Assembly (NCBI GenBank): GCA_963719085.1
Contig: CAVRAL010000001.1
Coordinates: 1,216,001-1,280,000, forward strand
Reading direction: 5' to 3'
Origin: a candidate division FCPU426 bacterium
GTDB taxonomy: Bacteria; Oederibacteriota; Muellerivitia; Muellerivitales; Muellerivitaceae
Length of the DNA stretch: 64,000 bases
A model generated the notes under the pieces. It did not search any database. It saw only the letters and a list, made by a program, of their open reading frames with translations, and was not told where the DNA came from. Below, in pieces: positions 11,362 through 21,360 of the stretch (position 1 is its first letter; every line of letters begins with the position of its first letter). The translations under genes and the position numbers were made by a program.

Positions 11362-12288
11362 ATGGAAAAAGTCGTCATCATCGGCTCAGGCCCCGCGGGC
11401 TACACGGCGGCCCTTTACGCGTCGCGGGCCAATTTAAGCCCCTTGCTCATCGACGGTCCCCAACCGGGCGGCCAATTGACGACCACCACCTCCGTTGAGA
11501 ATTTCCCGGGCTTCCCCGAGGGAATCCAAGGCCCCGAATTGATGGAGCGCATGAAGGCGCAAGCCGCCACTTTTGGCACCCGCTACAAAGTGGGGCTGGT
11601 GACGAAGGTCGATTTTTCCAAACGTCCTTTCAAGTTATGGGTGGATGAAAAAGAACTCATTGAAGCCGAAGCGGTGATCGTGGCCACTGGAGCCACGGCC
11701 AAGTACGGCGGGGTTCCCCGGGAAATGGAAATGATCGGGCACGGCGTTTCCGCCTGCGCCACTTGCGACGGTTTCTTTTTCAAAAACCAGGAAATCGCCG
11801 TCGTCGGCGGCGGGGACTCGGCCATGGAAGAAGCGAACTTTTTAACCCGTTTCGCCAAAAGCGTGACGCTGGTGCACCGCCGGGAAGAATTCCGCGCCTC
11901 CAAGGTTATGCTCAAGCGCGCCCAAGAGAACCCCAAGATCAAGTGGATGCTCAACAGCGCCATCACGGAAATCGTGGGAGCGCATACGGTGGAAGCCTTG
12001 AAGATTAAGGACCTGAAGAGCAACGAGGAAAAAGCCTATCCCTTTACCGGGCTCTTTTTCGCCATCGGGCACACACCCAACACCGGCATCTTTAAAGGCC
12101 AGTTAGACATGGATGAGGTCGGCTATTTGAAACTCCCGAATCCGCCCAAGACCATCACCAATATCCCGGGCGTTTTCGCCGCCGGTGACGTGGCGGACCA
12201 TTACTACCGGCAAGCCATTTCCGCGGCGGGAATGGGCTGCATGGCGGCCATCGAGGCGGAACGGTGGCTGGAAGCGCAAGGCGAATAA
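11362..12288 (+). CDS. trxB: Thioredoxin reductase
   Basis: GSGPAG, CATCDG, GGGDSA, AAGDV, RQAI. Confidence 0.98.
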   Translation: MEKVVIIGSGPAGYTAALYASRANLSPLLIDGPQPGGQLTTTTSVENFPGFPEGIQGPELMERMKAQAATFGTRYKVGLVTKVDFSKRPFKLWVDEKELIEAEAVIVATGATAKYGGVPREMEMIGHGVSACATCDGFFFKNQEIAVVGGGDSAMEEANFLTRFAKSVTLVHRREEFRASKVMLKRAQENPKIKWMLNSAITEIVGAHTVEALKIKDLKSNEEKAYPFTGLFFAIGHTPNTGIFKGQLDMDEVGYLKLPNPPKTITNIPGVFAAGDVADHYYRQAISAAGMGCMAAIEAERWLEAQGE

Positions 12289-12308
12289 AAGCGAAGACTC
12301 AACCGCTT

Positions 12309-13580
12309 TTACATGGTTCCGGGGATCTGCTGTAAATACTCGGTGTTAATGTCCACGCAAAGCACGAAGCTTTTTTCATCGGTGCTTTTGAACAACCTGG
12401 AAAAAGTGACGCAAAGGCTCCCGGACGACATGGAGATATAGGGATCCGTGATGTAGGTGGCCTTTTTCATCCCGCCTTCGGTCAGCATGTAAAAGTAATC
12501 CCGAAGCGTATGGTCGCTGCCCCGCATGGCTGGATTAAAAATCATCCGGTTCTTGTGAAAAAGCTGCCGGTCGCCAAAAACCGTTTCGGTCAGCTGGAAG
12601 CCGTTCTCATCCAATACATAAAAACCTTCCACCAAAGGGAAAAAGCGGACCAACCCCAATAATTTCGACTCAAAATGCTCGCTGCTGGTTTTGGAAAGCT
12701 CCGCCTGAATCTCCCGGGTCATCATCTCGTATTTGCGCAGGTTAAACCGCCGGACATTGAGCCGCTGGATCACCTTGTCCTTATAGCTGCTGGTGAGCTG
12801 GACCAGATGCCGCTCGACCGAAGCGTCGGAGATAAGATCATGTCGTTGGGGCTGGGCGAAGTAATAACCTTGGGCCATATCCACGCCCATTTCCAGGGCC
12901 ACGCCCGCTTCCCGGTCCGTTTCAATGCCCTCGGCCACAATCAAAGCGCCGATTTTGCGCGCCAAACCGACCAGTGACTTGAAGACTTCCTGTTTATAAA
13001 AGTTCTCGGAGATATCTTGAACCAGATATCGGTCGATTTTGAGGATGTCGGGTTTAAGCAGCGGGATCCGGTTCAAATTGGAATGCCCCGCCCCCACGTC
13101 ATCCAACGCGATCAGGAATCCATAGTCCCGATAGGTCTTGATGAATTTTTCAAGGGCCTCTATCTCTTCCACGTTCGACTCAATAATCTCAATGATGATG
13201 CTTTGGGGATTCAATCCCGCTTCTTGCACTTGATTCATGATATTGCCCGAGCCCTGCACGCCTTGATCCAGTACGGAAGCCTCAAAATTGACCGACAAGA
13301 GCCTTTCCGGGCGGCGGGTTTGGATGGATTGAAAAGCCTCGAAAACTTTTTTGCGGCACAGGCGGTCCAGCGCCAAGGTCGAGCCTTCGGCAGCGGCCCG
13401 GGCGAAGAGATCCAGCGGCGCGATCATCTTCCGGGTGGCGGGTGCCACGCCCCGGACCAAACCTTCGTAGCCGACAATGGAATTGTTTTTAACTGAGACG
13501 ATGGGCTGAAAATACGGGAGAAGATGTTCGCCTTCGATAATTTCGGAAAGATCAAACCCTGAATCCGACGCGGTGTCCAT
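12309..13580 (-). CDS. EAL-domain phosphodiesterase with C-terminal YkuI_C/Cache-like domain
   Basis: FQPIV, EGLVR, SVN, EIIE, DDVGAGHS, KID, EGIE, QGYY; start moved to ATG 13580 because a sigma54 promoter lies just upstream. Confidence 0.88.
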   Translation of the reverse strand: MDTASDSGFDLSEIIEGEHLLPYFQPIVSVKNNSIVGYEGLVRGVAPATRKMIAPLDLFARAAAEGSTLALDRLCRKKVFEAFQSIQTRRPERLLSVNFEASVLDQGVQGSGNIMNQVQEAGLNPQSIIIEIIESNVEEIEALEKFIKTYRDYGFLIALDDVGAGHSNLNRIPLLKPDILKIDRYLVQDISENFYKQEVFKSLVGLARKIGALIVAEGIETDREAGVALEMGVDMAQGYYFAQPQRHDLISDASVERHLVQLTSSYKDKVIQRLNVRRFNLRKYEMMTREIQAELSKTSSEHFESKLLGLVRFFPLVEGFYVLDENGFQLTETVFGDRQLFHKNRMIFNPAMRGSDHTLRDYFYMLTEGGMKKATYITDPYISMSSGSLCVTFSRLFKSTDEKSFVLCVDINTEYLQQIPGTM

Positions 13581-13640
13581 GAGCGAGCCTTTTCTCAAGT
13601 GGTGATGCTCCCTTTTTGTTGCAAACAAAACCCGAATGTC

Positions 13641-13655
13641 GCAACAACTGTGCCA
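13641..13655 (-). promoter_or_regulatory. sigma54 -24/-12 promoter
   Basis: TGGCAC-AGTTG-TTGC, full consensus, 60 nt upstream of ATG 13580. Confidence 0.8.
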
Positions 13656-13952
13656 TTTTGGGATTAAACGAAAATTAAGGTGAATTTACCGTTAAAAACA
13701 AAAAAGCCCCAACAAAAATCTCCATTTGGGAAGACTTGCGACACTTTTGTAGGCGGCTCCTAGAATTTCAAACTCCTCGCGCAAGTTCAAGTTAAATGCG
13801 GGGAAAAATCAGATTTTCCATTCTTTTTTGCGCCAAGAATTTTATGGATGTTTCGCCTTTAAATTTCGATTCTTCTTGAGAAATACGGCGATTACTTTTC
13901 ACCTGACAAAAAAATAGGTAAAGGAACAACCTGTCGGTTTAAGGGTATGAAT

Positions 13953-13967
13953 TGGCACATCCCTTGC
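13953..13967 (+). promoter_or_regulatory. sigma54 -24/-12 promoter
   Basis: TGGCAC-ATCCC-TTGC, full consensus, ahead of GGAGG RBS and ATG 14000. Confidence 0.8.
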
Positions 13968-13999
13968 TTTACCCAGTGATATCCAAATGGGGAGGGCTT

Positions 14000-15268
14000 A
14001 TGGAAACCGAAATTCTAGCCGAAAAGGGAAAAAGTCCAATGTCCGAAACCGACTTGATCGCTTTGATCGAACAAAAAAGTGTGGCCGCTTTTTACCAGCC
14101 CCTTATTTCCATCAAAAAAAAATCCGTGGTCGGAATTGAGTCCGTGGGCCGCGGCATTGATCCGGAAAACCGCCGGCTCATTGAACCCGATGAGCTTTAC
14201 CCCATCTCCTTCGAAAAAAACAAGGCGCTGGACCTGGACCGGCTTTTCAGGCTCAAGGGTTTGGAAGGCTACGCCGAGATCGAAGCCAAGATCCCGGGGT
14301 TGATTCTCTTTTTAAATTTAGAATCGGGCATCCTCACCGATGAAGTGGTGGGGTCGGGACACTTGCTCAAAATAGTCCGCCAGTTAGGCTTAAATCCCAG
14401 CCTGATCACCATTGAGTTGTCCCAATCCGCCGGTATGGACCTGAACTCGGTCAAACGCTTCGCGGAGATTCACCGGGAAAGTGGTTTTCTCATCGGTTTG
14501 GAAGACATCACCGCCAACCGCATCTGCCTGGACCAGATTTTGCACATCTCTCCCGACGTCATTAAGATTAACGCCAGCATCGTCAACGGACTTTCGAAAG
14601 ATCCCTATAAACGGGAAGACTTTAAGACCATCCTCAACTTGAGCCGAAAGATCGGTTGCCTGATCGTGGCCAACGGAGTGGAAAACGAGGAAGACGCCTT
14701 GGTGGCCCTGGAGTTAGGCGCGGACATGCTTCAAGGCAGTTATTTCTCCAAACCCCAGCGCACGGAAAACTCCAGCATTTTGGGGCTCAAGGCCCGCATC
14801 GTATTTGTCGCCTCACGCTATAAGCGGATCCTGACCGATAAGATCAACAAGGACAAGGACCGCCGGACCCGCTACCTGGCCATCGTGTCGGAGATTTTCG
14901 ACAGCTTGGAAAACGAATCGGAGGATTACGAGAAAAAGTTCGAGGATTTCCTGGGCCGCTATCCCCAAATTGAGTGTCTTTATTTATTGGATCAGGACGG
15001 GGTCCAGGTCAGCGAAACGGTTTTCAACAGCCGCAAGGTCTCCGAGCGGAAAAAATACCTTTTTCAACCCGCGCCCAAAATGACCGACCACTCTTTAAAA
15101 GAATATTATTATTCGCTCATTTACAACGGGTTGGAACGTTACGTCACCGAGCCTTATATTTCCCTGGCCTCGGGCAACCTTTGCGTGACAGTGTCGGGCA
15201 CATTCAAGGATTCGGCGAGCCAAAAGATGCACGTGCTTTGCATGGACATCGACATCATGCGGGTGTAA
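14000..15268 (+). CDS. Degenerate EAL-domain protein with YkuI_C/Cache-like domain
   Basis: Paralog of 12309-13580; ESV for EAL, EDITANRI for DDxGxGxS, ANGVE for AEGVE; shared EPYISLASGNLCVTVS tail. Confidence 0.85.
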   Translation: METEILAEKGKSPMSETDLIALIEQKSVAAFYQPLISIKKKSVVGIESVGRGIDPENRRLIEPDELYPISFEKNKALDLDRLFRLKGLEGYAEIEAKIPGLILFLNLESGILTDEVVGSGHLLKIVRQLGLNPSLITIELSQSAGMDLNSVKRFAEIHRESGFLIGLEDITANRICLDQILHISPDVIKINASIVNGLSKDPYKREDFKTILNLSRKIGCLIVANGVENEEDALVALELGADMLQGSYFSKPQRTENSSILGLKARIVFVASRYKRILTDKINKDKDRRTRYLAIVSEIFDSLENESEDYEKKFEDFLGRYPQIECLYLLDQDGVQVSETVFNSRKVSERKKYLFQPAPKMTDHSLKEYYYSLIYNGLERYVTEPYISLASGNLCVTVSGTFKDSASQKMHVLCMDIDIMRV

Positions 15269-15278
15269 AAACAGCGCG

Positions 15279-15369
15279 TTTACATTGATCACAAATGATG
15301 AAGGCTGATGGGTAAAACCATTCTGCCGACTGCCTCATCATTCTTTCATCAGTCTCCATCATTGTTAAA
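15279..15369. repeat. Palindromic REP-like element, three ~10-bp units per arm (empty copy)
   Basis: Left TTTACATTGAT-CACAAATGAT-GAAGGCTGAT; right ATCATTCTTTC-ATCAGTCTCC-ATCATTGTTAAA; between convergent genes. Confidence 0.65.
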
Positions 15370-15374
15370 TCTTT

Positions 15375-16157
15375 TTATTTAAGGGCCTTCAAAATCGCGG
15401 CGTGCACCAGGCCGTTGCTGGAGACGGCGTTTCCGCCCTCAATCGTCTTGCGGCCAGATAGATCGGTGAATTGCCCCCCCGCTTCTTCCACGCAAATTTT
15501 GATCGCGGCCACGTCGTAGGGCTCCACCACCGGTTCCACCACCGCCTCCGCTTTTCCTTGGATCACCAAAGAATGGCCGTAACAGTCCCCAAAACCCCGG
15601 TCGTCGTAGCATTGGGCGATTAAATCCGTGAGTTTTTTCCGGTAAGTCATCGGAACCAGCCGCAGGCCCCCGTAAGTCAGGGTGCCGCCCCTTAAATCCG
15701 GTATCTTGGAGACATGGGTCCGTTTCCCATTCACGTAACAGCCCTGCCCCTTGGCCGCCCAAACGGTCATTGGAAGCGCGGGATGGTGAATGACCCCCGC
15801 CACCACTTCCCCCCGGTATTCCAAACCGATGAGGGTGCCCCAAAAAGGAATTCCCCGGATGAATTGCCGGGTGCCGTCCACCGGGTCAATCCACCAGCGA
15901 AACTCCGACTTTTGTTTCTTATCCCAGCCAAATTCCTCGCCGCATAATTGGTGATCCGGAAATTTTTTACCGAGAATCGCCCGAATCACCTGCTCGGCTT
16001 CCCGATCTGCCCGGGTCACGGGAGAGCGGTCGATTTTTTTAATGACCGGCACATTTTTCTGAAAATAATGGAGGGCTTTTTGGCCGCCTTTTTGGGCCGC
16101 CAGTCTGGCCGCCGCCAGATATTGATGGAGTCGCTTGGAAGTTAAAGAAGCCGCCAT
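15375..16157 (-). CDS. hisN: Histidinol-phosphate phosphatase, inositol monophosphatase family
   Basis: SPVTRAD, GEEFG, WWIDPVDGT, RGFGDCYG, YDVAA; start at ATG 16157 after GAGGA. Confidence 0.8.
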   Translation of the reverse strand: MAASLTSKRLHQYLAAARLAAQKGGQKALHYFQKNVPVIKKIDRSPVTRADREAEQVIRAILGKKFPDHQLCGEEFGWDKKQKSEFRWWIDPVDGTRQFIRGIPFWGTLIGLEYRGEVVAGVIHHPALPMTVWAAKGQGCYVNGKRTHVSKIPDLRGGTLTYGGLRLVPMTYRKKLTDLIAQCYDDRGFGDCYGHSLVIQGKAEAVVEPVVEPYDVAAIKICVEEAGGQFTDLSGRKTIEGGNAVSSNGLVHAAILKALK

Positions 16158-16217
16158 GAAGTCCTCGATCGCTTGGAATGGCGGCCATTCTACACTTGGG
16201 CTCAAGCCGCCCCAAAC

Positions 16218-16243
16218 AAAAAAGGCCCCTGGGGGGGCCTTTT
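16218..16243 (-). terminator. Intrinsic terminator
   Basis: AAAAAAGGCCCC-TGGG-GGGGCCTTTT hairpin downstream of the 16284 gene. Confidence 0.6.
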
Positions 16244-16283
16244 CATCAAATCTGATTCTTTCAAGAACCTGAACGACAGTCCA

Positions 16284-16694
16284 TTACATCATCGGTTTGA
16301 CGGACCAATGAATCGGCTTATTTCCATCCGCGGCCACCAGCGCGGCCTTGGACGGAATCAAGGCGTCGGTTCCGTAGAGATCGCCCGTAATTTCAACCGT
16401 CTTACCCACCAGATTGGCGAAATTAGCCGCGGGAAAAAGCAGGACGTAAACCCGCCCCTTCACCAAAAGACCGGCGGGGCTTCCCAGGTTCAAGCAAGCT
16501 TTCCCGCAGGATTTCATCCCCATATGGTCGTCACCCGAGTCTCCGTCATCAAAATAGCAGGCCAAATCAATGATCGTCCCTTGAAGCGTCACGGTCGTCG
16601 GTTTGGCGGCCTTCATATCCATTGAATCGGCTTGGACCGCTGAACGCGCCGTCAGCCAGCCTAAAATCAAAAACAAGACCGTCAGTTTTCGCAT
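16284..16694 (-). CDS. Exported small protein with Cys/His motif
   Basis: Signal peptide; DLACY...H...CGKAC...GSPAG motif. Confidence 0.7.
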   Translation of the reverse strand: MRKLTVLFLILGWLTARSAVQADSMDMKAAKPTTVTLQGTIIDLACYFDDGDSGDDHMGMKSCGKACLNLGSPAGLLVKGRVYVLLFPAANFANLVGKTVEITGDLYGTDALIPSKAALVAADGNKPIHWSVKPMM

Positions 16695-16782
16695 CAAATC
16701 CTCCTGGAATTAATCCTTCGGTTTAAATAGCGCTTATCACCCCGAAAGGTTTCAAAAAGAGAACCAAGCGCCTAAGAACCTT

Positions 16783-16956
16783 TTTAGCATGGATAAAAGC
16801 GGATGAACGCTGATAAAAAATGACCCAATATTATATTTTCGAAAATCCATGTTTATCTGCATCCGCGCCGCTCTTCCATATAGGTGTCAAGGGAGAGCGG
16901 CATTGTCCCGGGCCTCCTTAACTCTTCTATGGGGTCCCGGGGCATCACTGCTCAAA
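16783..16956. repeat. 10-bp-unit REP-like element carrying a 79-bp insert (16865-16943), copy A
   Basis: Left CATGGAT-AAAAGCGGAT-GAACGCTGAT; right ATCCATGTTT-ATCTGCATCC-[insert]-ATCACTGCTC; insert 64/79 identical, gap-free, to 21430-21508. Confidence 0.8.
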
Positions 16957-16980
16957 TGCCTTTTAGTTTTGTCAGAAGTT

Positions 16981-17460
16981 TTAAGTTAATTTTAAAATCC
17001 ACTCCCGGGCTGCCGGAAATTCGGCCAAAAGCTTTTCGGATGGCGCCAGCTCAAAATCCTCAAAATCAAACCCGGGAGCCACCGTGGTTCCCATCAAAGC
17101 GTAGTTCCCGCCCTCATTTAAAAAACCCCCGAACCAGGTTCCCGCCGGAATCACCAATTGAAGAGCTTGGTCTTGGTCGATGGCGGGCCCCAAAACTTTA
17201 GTTTCCGATTTACCGCCGTCGCGCAATAAAATCCAAGTCACCGGATCCCCCAAATAAAAATGGAAAATCTCATCCGACGCGAGCCGATGGAATTTTGACC
17301 GGGCTCCCGGAACCAAAAGATAATAGATGCAGGTGGAAAAAGAACGGCTCGCCCCTTCCCGAAGAGGGATGAGGCCCGAACTGCGGTAAGACTCGCGGTA
17401 GTAGCCCCCTTCCGGATGGGGCTTCAGGTCAAATGATCGAATGATCTGGTCGAGGGTCAT
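16981..17460 (-). CDS. Cupin, DUF985/Cupin_5 family
   Basis: L.PHPEGGYYRE, IYYLL, FHRL.SDE.FHFY.GDP, VAPGFDFEDF; ATG 17460 after AGGAGG. Confidence 0.9.
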   Translation of the reverse strand: MTLDQIIRSFDLKPHPEGGYYRESYRSSGLIPLREGASRSFSTCIYYLLVPGARSKFHRLASDEIFHFYLGDPVTWILLRDGGKSETKVLGPAIDQDQALQLVIPAGTWFGGFLNEGGNYALMGTTVAPGFDFEDFELAPSEKLLAEFPAAREWILKLT

Positions 17461-17476
17461 GAAACCAACCTCCTTC

Positions 17477-17514
17477 AAAAAAAAAACGGACGGCCTCAAT
17501 CTAAAGGCCGTCCG
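17477..17514 (-). terminator. Intrinsic terminator after the FKBP gene
   Basis: CGGACGGCCT-8 nt-AGGCCGTCCG stem followed by 10 T on the minus strand. Confidence 0.75.
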
Positions 17515-17529
17515 CGCGCGGCTTTTAGC

Positions 17530-18009
17530 TTATTGAGCGCCTAAGAGCTGCACATCAAAAACCAAGGTGGCATTGGGGGGAATCACGCCGCCGGCTCCCT
17601 GCGAACCGTAGCCCAAATTCGCCGGGATCGTCAGCTTGCGCTTCTCGCCGATCTTCATTCCCGCCACGCCCTCATCCCATCCTTTAATCACTTGGCCCGC
17701 GCCCAGGGTAAATTGAAAAGGCTGTCCCCGGTCCACTGAGCTGTCAAACTTGGTTCCGTCGGTCAGCCAACCCGTGTAATGCACCGTCACTAATTGTCCC
17801 GCCTTCGCCACCGCGCCATCGCCGGGCTGAAGGATTTGATATTGAAGCCCTGAGGCCGTTGTAATCACGTTCGCGTCCGGTGTAGCCGCCATGGTCGTCA
17901 CTCCCGTATTCATCGTTTGATTTTGAACTTCCTTCTTATTACAAGCCATCATCGTCGTCAAAAACCCCGCCACCAAACCCATCGTCATAAAGGATCGAAA
18001 TCCCCGCAT
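17530..18009 (-). CDS. FKBP-type peptidyl-prolyl isomerase, probable lipoprotein
   Basis: [33 protein letters not shown]; lipobox-like MMAC; ATG 18009 after GGGAGG. Confidence 0.93.
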   Translation of the reverse strand: MRGFRSFMTMGLVAGFLTTMMACNKKEVQNQTMNTGVTTMAATPDANVITTASGLQYQILQPGDGAVAKAGQLVTVHYTGWLTDGTKFDSSVDRGQPFQFTLGAGQVIKGWDEGVAGMKIGEKRKLTIPANLGYGSQGAGGVIPPNATLVFDVQLLGAQ

Positions 18010-18172
18010 CGGAACCTCCCTAAAATCATTTCTCAAATAAACCGCGCCAAAGTATACAAGACAGACGGCTTCTTTTTCATCCACCCAATAAAAAAGGCCT
18101 CCAATCAGATCGAGAAAATCCAATGGAAGCCTGATCAAACTTAAAATTTAAGCGCCGGACACAATGGACCCA

Positions 18173-18387
18173 GGCCCAACCTATCCTAGCTGACACGGGA
18201 TGGCCATGACTTAGGAGGATGCCGCCACCCTTATATTATTTGTCACATCATGAACACCAGCCACATGTTGGGCCAAACTAACCGGGGCCCAACATATCCT
18301 TGGCTGACACGGGATGGCCATGACTTAAGAGGATGCCGCCACCCTTATATTATTTGTCACATCATGAACACCAGCCACATGTTGGGC
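18173..18387. repeat. Tandem direct repeat, 101/102 bp (18173-18273 and 18286-18387), duplicating the BON gene 3' end
   Basis: Near-identical copies, each starting GGCCCAAC and ending ATGTTGGGC. Confidence 0.9.
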
Positions 18388-18555
18388 GGCGCTAAAAGCG
18401 GCCCGTTTGTCCTCGAAATCCTCCGCCGTTCCCGACAAAGTCACATGCCCTCCTCGAGCGGAAACATGCGCGTTCGAGCAAAAAGGCCTTATTTCCCGAG
18501 CCACCACGGCTTCCAACTCGACGTCTTTCGGATCTGAAGCGTATGGACTGTTCAT
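18325..18555 (-). CDS. Single BON-domain protein
   Basis: G.VTLSG...A...A..V.GV..V.N.I.V BON pattern; AGGAGG RBS. Confidence 0.85.
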   Translation of the reverse strand: MNSPYASDPKDVELEAVVAREIRPFCSNAHVSARGGHVTLSGTAEDFEDKRAAFSAAQHVAGVHDVTNNIRVAASS

Positions 18556-18658
18556 CGCGTCCTCCTATCACTTGAGCTTAGTTTAAGCATACGCCCCTTT
18601 TCCCGGCCTTTCAAAGGTCCTCGATTACCCCGCAGTGTCCCCACCCCGATTCGCCAAG

Positions 18659-18687
18659 TTGACACAACTTACACCCCTCCTTAAGAT
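18659..18687 (+). promoter_or_regulatory. sigma70 promoter of the ABC operon
   Basis: TTGACA-17 nt-TAAGAT ending 11 nt before ATG 18699. Confidence 0.65.
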
Positions 18688-18698
18688 GCACGGCTTAT

Positions 18699-19724
18699 AT
18701 GGAAAACGCCCTTCAAGTTGAAAATTTATCCAAAAGCTACGAACGAAAAATCCGTAAACCCGGACTTTGGGGTTCTCTACAGGGATTGGTCTCCACCGCC
18801 TCCGAGCAAGTTCACGCCGTGCAAGGCGTTTCCTTTACCTTAAAACGGGGAGAACGGGTCGGCCTTATCGGTGAAAATGGCGCGGGCAAATCGACCACAT
18901 TGAAAATGTTGACCGGCATTTTGGTTCCCACCGGCGGACGCCTGGAAGTTTTAGGCCGCGTCCCTTGGAAAGAACGCCGTCAATTGGCCTTGAACATCGG
19001 CGTGGTTTTCGGCCAGCGCCCCCAGTTGCTTTGGGACATTCCAGTCCGGGAAACGTTTGAGCTGCTCAAGACCATGTACCGCATCCCCCCGTCGGTTTAT
19101 GACGTTGTCTACAAAGAGGCCATCCAACGTTTAAGATTGGAACCGCTGTTAGGCACCCCCGTGCGCCATCTTTCCCTCGGCCAGCGCATGCGCTGTGACC
19201 TGGCCGCCGCCTTGCTTCACGCGCCGGCCGTGGCGTTTCTCGACGAGCCCACAATTGGCTTGGACCTTTCGGTCAAGGAACAGGTCCGGGAATTTATCAC
19301 GGACATCCAAGCGAAGTTCGGCATCACGCTTCTCATCACCACCCACGACTTAAAAGACATCACCGAAACCTGCGACCGGCTTTTACTGCTGGATAAGGGA
19401 AAACTTTTATTCGACGGCTCCATCAAAGCCTTCGAGCAAAAATACGCCAATGACCGGAGGATTGTGGCGGAGGTGCAGCGGCTTTTGGACGCCGATTTAT
19501 TGGAGCGGTTAAAAAAGGACGTGGCCGCGCTGGGGGGCAAAGTCACGGAAGCCGAAGGCCACCGGATCGTGGTGGAACACGGCGAAGAAAGCGCGGCCCC
19601 CGCCCTCATCCAGCTATTGCTGCAACGCCTGCCGGTGGTGGATATTAATTTGGAAAAGACCGACATCGAAACCATCGTCACGCGCATTTACCGCCCGGCC
19701 GAATCCGAAAGCCGGACTTCGTGA
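18699..19724 (+). CDS. ABC-2 type exporter ATP-binding protein
   Basis: GENGAGKST, LSLGQRMR, FLDEPT, TTHD. Confidence 0.93.
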   Translation: MENALQVENLSKSYERKIRKPGLWGSLQGLVSTASEQVHAVQGVSFTLKRGERVGLIGENGAGKSTTLKMLTGILVPTGGRLEVLGRVPWKERRQLALNIGVVFGQRPQLLWDIPVRETFELLKTMYRIPPSVYDVVYKEAIQRLRLEPLLGTPVRHLSLGQRMRCDLAAALLHAPAVAFLDEPTIGLDLSVKEQVREFITDIQAKFGITLLITTHDLKDITETCDRLLLLDKGKLLFDGSIKAFEQKYANDRRIVAEVQRLLDADLLERLKKDVAALGGKVTEAEGHRIVVEHGEESAAPALIQLLLQRLPVVDINLEKTDIETIVTRIYRPAESESRTS

Positions 19725-20551
19725 AAGCCCTGGCCGCCCCCTTAAACTTTCGGGAAAGCGCCGCCGGCTATCGGGCCCTGCTGAACCGGGCCTTGAAGGC
19801 CAACTTCGCCTATAAGGGCTCGACCTTGATCGGGCTTTTCACCGCGGCCTTGACCTACGCCATTACACTGTTGGTCTGGCGTCATGTTTACGCGCAAAAG
19901 GGCGGAACCCTTTCGATCTCCTCCGAGCAAATGTTCGCCTACCTGGCCCTGGCTTTTTGTCTGAACTATGCCTTGACCATCAATATTGACCAGCGGGTCG
20001 GCCAGCGCATCCGCTTGGGGCTCATCGCCACCGATCTTTTGAAACCCCTGGACTTCCAAATGTCGCAGGCCATGCAATCCTTGAGCGACTGCCTTTTTAA
20101 CGGTCTGGTCGGAGCCATGGTTTTCGCCACGGCTTACCTTTTTTTAGGAAAAAGCCTCTTTCCGCAAAGTTGGGAGTCGTTTCTTTTTTTCATCCCCAGC
20201 CTGATCCTGGCTTTTTGGATCCAATATTCGCTGGTTTTTATTTTCATTCAAGGCGCCTTCTACACTTACAGCGGCTACGGAATCTTTTCATCCCGGATCG
20301 CCTTGCACCAAACTTTTTCCGGACTTCAAGCGCCTCTCATTCTTTATCCGCCGGTTTTGCGGACCGTCGGTGATTGGCTTCCCTTCCAACACATTATTTA
20401 CACTCCGATCACGCTTTATATGGGCCGGGCCGCGGGACTGGAAGCTTGGCGGCTTTTGGGTTGGCAGGCGCTTTGGGCCGCGGGGCTTTATTTCATCGGC
20501 CAATGGGTGATGAAAAAGGCGCTCTCCCAGCTTGAAATTCAGGGGGGCTGA
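19721..20551 (+). CDS. ABC-2 permease, DUF990/ABC2_membrane_6 type
   Basis: About 6 TM helices, G.IATDLLKP, LPF..I.Y.P, C-terminal QGG; overlaps ATPase stop. Confidence 0.88.
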   Translation: MKALAAPLNFRESAAGYRALLNRALKANFAYKGSTLIGLFTAALTYAITLLVWRHVYAQKGGTLSISSEQMFAYLALAFCLNYALTINIDQRVGQRIRLGLIATDLLKPLDFQMSQAMQSLSDCLFNGLVGAMVFATAYLFLGKSLFPQSWESFLFFIPSLILAFWIQYSLVFIFIQGAFYTYSGYGIFSSRIALHQTFSGLQAPLILYPPVLRTVGDWLPFQHIIYTPITLYMGRAAGLEAWRLLGWQALWAAGLYFIGQWVMKKALSQLEIQGG

Positions 20552-20552
20552 C

Positions 20553-21335
20553 ATGGGCGAATGGAAGGTCTATTGGATGACTTTCAAGGTCTCCCTCCAG
20601 GCCAAGCTCGAGTATAAACTCGACTTCCTCATCGGACTTGTCACGTCCACCATGCTGCAATTGGCGGCCTTGGGATTTTTATGGGTGATCTTCCATCAAA
20701 CTTCCACGCTGCAGGGCTGGAACCAGACCCAAGTGGTTTTTCTATTCGGCCTGACGGCGACAGCCTTGGGACTTTCGGAACTTTTTTTCAACCACATTTG
20801 GATGGTGCCTTACTACATCGTGGTGGGAGACTTGGACCGGTTACTGGTCTATCCGGTTCGATCGCTTCCTTTTCTGCTCATCTCGCGCCCCGAACTTCAT
20901 TCCTTCGGCAACATGGCCACCGGACTTGTCTTGACCTTCGGCGCGCTTTGGAAATTGCATTTACCTTGGATGGATTGGGTCCTGGTGCCCCTTTGGGCCT
21001 TCAGTGGATGTCTCATCTATACATCCGCCTTGGTCGTCTTTTCGAGCCTGTCGTTCCGGTTCGTCGGGCCCTTCAGCTACAGTCTGATGATCCCCCACAC
21101 TTTGCTTCAGGCCAGCCGTTACCCCCTAAGCATTTATCCCGCGTGGGTGCATTACAGCCTGTTGGTCTTGGTTCCCTTCGGCGCCTTTAATTACCTGCCG
21201 GGCAATTGGGTTTTCGGAAATATCCCCTCACCCCTGGGCGCCTTAGCCGCTCCGGTAGCCGCGCTGATTTCGATGGCGGCCGCCCAATGGTTTTGGAACA
21301 AAGGCCTGGAGCAATATCAAAGCACGGGTTCCTAA
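20553..21335 (+). CDS. ABC-2 permease, DUF990 type, second subunit
   Basis: GDLDRLLVYPV, YPLSIYP, C-terminal YQSTGS; ATG 20553. Confidence 0.88.
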   Translation: MGEWKVYWMTFKVSLQAKLEYKLDFLIGLVTSTMLQLAALGFLWVIFHQTSTLQGWNQTQVVFLFGLTATALGLSELFFNHIWMVPYYIVVGDLDRLLVYPVRSLPFLLISRPELHSFGNMATGLVLTFGALWKLHLPWMDWVLVPLWAFSGCLIYTSALVVFSSLSFRFVGPFSYSLMIPHTLLQASRYPLSIYPAWVHYSLLVLVPFGAFNYLPGNWVFGNIPSPLGALAAPVAALISMAAAQWFWNKGLEQYQSTGS

Positions 21336-21360
21336 AACAGGGTCTTAAAGAAAAAGAAAT

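Noticed and set aside
13660..13950. c-di-GMP riboswitch between the EAL genes
   Set aside because: No GEMM motif found; sigma54 promoters leave only short leaders
16893..16943. HDV-like ribozyme (GCGGCATTGTCCCGGGCCTCCT resembles the HDV 5' end)
   Set aside because: The P1 partner lies upstream, and P3 3' strand, P1.1 and J4/2 cannot be placed; copy B does not keep the CCTCC segment
18173..18387. DGR template/variable repeat pair
   Set aside because: Very few differences, not adenine-specific, and no reverse transcriptase in the window
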